From assembly GCF_963853765.1 (NCBI RefSeq), contig NC_088854.1, positions 43,710,001 to 43,774,000 on the forward strand: a stretch of 64,000 nucleotides of DNA. The letters run 5' to 3'. Position numbers and translations under genes: made by a program. Below the pieces are notes generated by a model. That model saw nothing but the letters and a program-made list of their open reading frames with translations, searched no databases and was not told where the DNA came from. The DNA comes from Magallana gigas. Its lineage: Eukaryota. Numbering within the stretch: position 1 is the first letter of the stretch; the number at the start of each line of letters is the position of its first letter. This document shows, in pieces, positions 62,722 through 64,000 of the stretch.

Positions 62722-63595
62722 CACCCCTGCCTGCGAATATTATTGTCATTTAAAATTTAGACCACGTGGTTTTATTTGACCCTTTCAGTTTCGCAGTAAA
62801 AATTATGCCTCGTGTTTATAATCTATTTCATAGAATCTTGGTATTTGTAATCAAAAATAAAATCTATAGGTTTACATCTCCGCTAGTTAAGGGTTTCCGA
62901 TACATTACGCTACTCATAAACATGGAGGTTTATTGATTGTAAACTTTATCTTCATTAATTGGTGGATAAAATGTTTTCTGGAAACAAATGTGACAATACA
63001 AAAAATTAGTTTTTTTCTGCTGTTGCATTAGTTAATATGACTTAATAGAGATCCCCCGAAGGTTAATTTTCGATCCGCGCCTGACCTAGTAATAGCATCA
63101 ATAGTGAAACAGACTATACTTTTTTATGCAGAGTGTTCCTTGAAAATGGCTCGATATACTAGGTTTTTATGCAAAACAGACACCCATTATTTTTTTAAAA
63201 AAAAACATGGTATTGCACACTACAAGCTTCAAACATGGCTATGATTTTATTAAGCAAGTCAATGTTTATATTTTCAACCACGCTACACGTGGTTGAACAC
63301 GAACAATAACTCTGTTCTGAACATCATCGTTTAATGTTAATAATCGCCAGATGGTGATATAAGACATAGATCTTAAAAGATTTTCATGTTTTAACATAAA
63401 TCAAAGTAGGATATGATATGTAAACGACCAGTACTTACGTATTTTGAGAATATTATCCGAACACTTATACTTCCGCTCGAAATTTCACAGGAACTGAACG
63501 AATCTCGATGAAGTCTCGTGAACTTTCATTCGAGCACCTCTGGATTTATTACATACTTAGCAACGATAAAGAAAACATTCCGAACACATTCGCAG
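62722..63595. mobile_element. Longer, right-truncated copy of the 55488-56053 MITE family
   Basis: Colinear, same-orientation homology (e.g. CGATCCGCGCCTGACCTAGTAATAGCATCAATAGTGAAACAGACTATACT is identical). Two extra internal segments; the right TIR stops at CATTCGCAG. Confidence 0.88.
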
Positions 63596-64000
63596 TTCGT
63601 GCGGTATCCTAATTCGAGACCTGCGGGTCGGTAGATCGAAACTACACACATTGTACCACGGAAGTAGACACAAAAACTGTTTCACAATGCGTTAAAATCG
63701 CCATGTTGTGACGTACTACCATAAAAAGTAGAAGGCACAGGGTGTCGAGGATCTTTAAGAAGTTCAAATGCGTTCACATAGCTACTGACAAAGCCGAATC
63801 ACGCGGCAAGTTTCAATCATTCAAATTGTACGCATATGAATATATACATGTATGCATTCCTTAACATTTTTAAAACTGTGTGATAAGGTTCATTCAAATA
63901 TATGTACATGTACCTACATTAATATGTTTTCTTAATATCTACATTGATAAATGGGTCATAATCTGTACAATTCTAGATTTCTATGCTTATTTTTTTTTCC

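Overview
AT-rich, intron-rich eukaryotic DNA, most likely from an oyster-like bivalve (inferred from the Prdx6 protein, the (GA)n microsatellites and the MITE/SINE types). It is not prokaryotic, so most short ORFs in the track are noise. I assembled five spliced genes by hand; every junction is GT-AG and in phase. (1) CNG channel alpha subunit (+, about 10.9-21.3 kb). (2) MOSPD2 (-, 16 coding exons, 24.4-33.8 kb). (3) An uncharacterised ~733-aa multidomain protein head-to-head with MOSPD2 (+, 34.8-42.0 kb). It has a novel N-terminus, a farnesoic-acid-O-methyltransferase-like (Methyltransf_FA) domain on one symmetric exon, a probable winged-helix segment, and a C-terminal PNP/Pfs nucleoside-phosphorylase domain resembling NLR-effector PNP domains. 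(4) TMEM272-like (-, 44.0-53.6 kb). (5) 1-Cys peroxiredoxin PRDX6 (-, 57.4-62.3 kb). Introns and intergenic DNA hold many non-autonomous TIR elements with TA, TTAA or 5-bp target duplications, a tRNA-derived SINE, a palindromic minisatellite, four GA/TC microsatellites and two N gaps. The FA-domain/wHTH/PNP protein is the best candidate for an undescribed system (possible sensor-effector). Other notable observations: duplicated splice donors in the CNG and PRDX6 genes, Pol III promoter boxes inside TTAA DNA elements, a nested CAC-ended 5-bp-TSD MITE whose empty host site is also in the window, and PRDX6 lying between two direct copies of that MITE. All family assignments are from recognised motifs; no searches were run.
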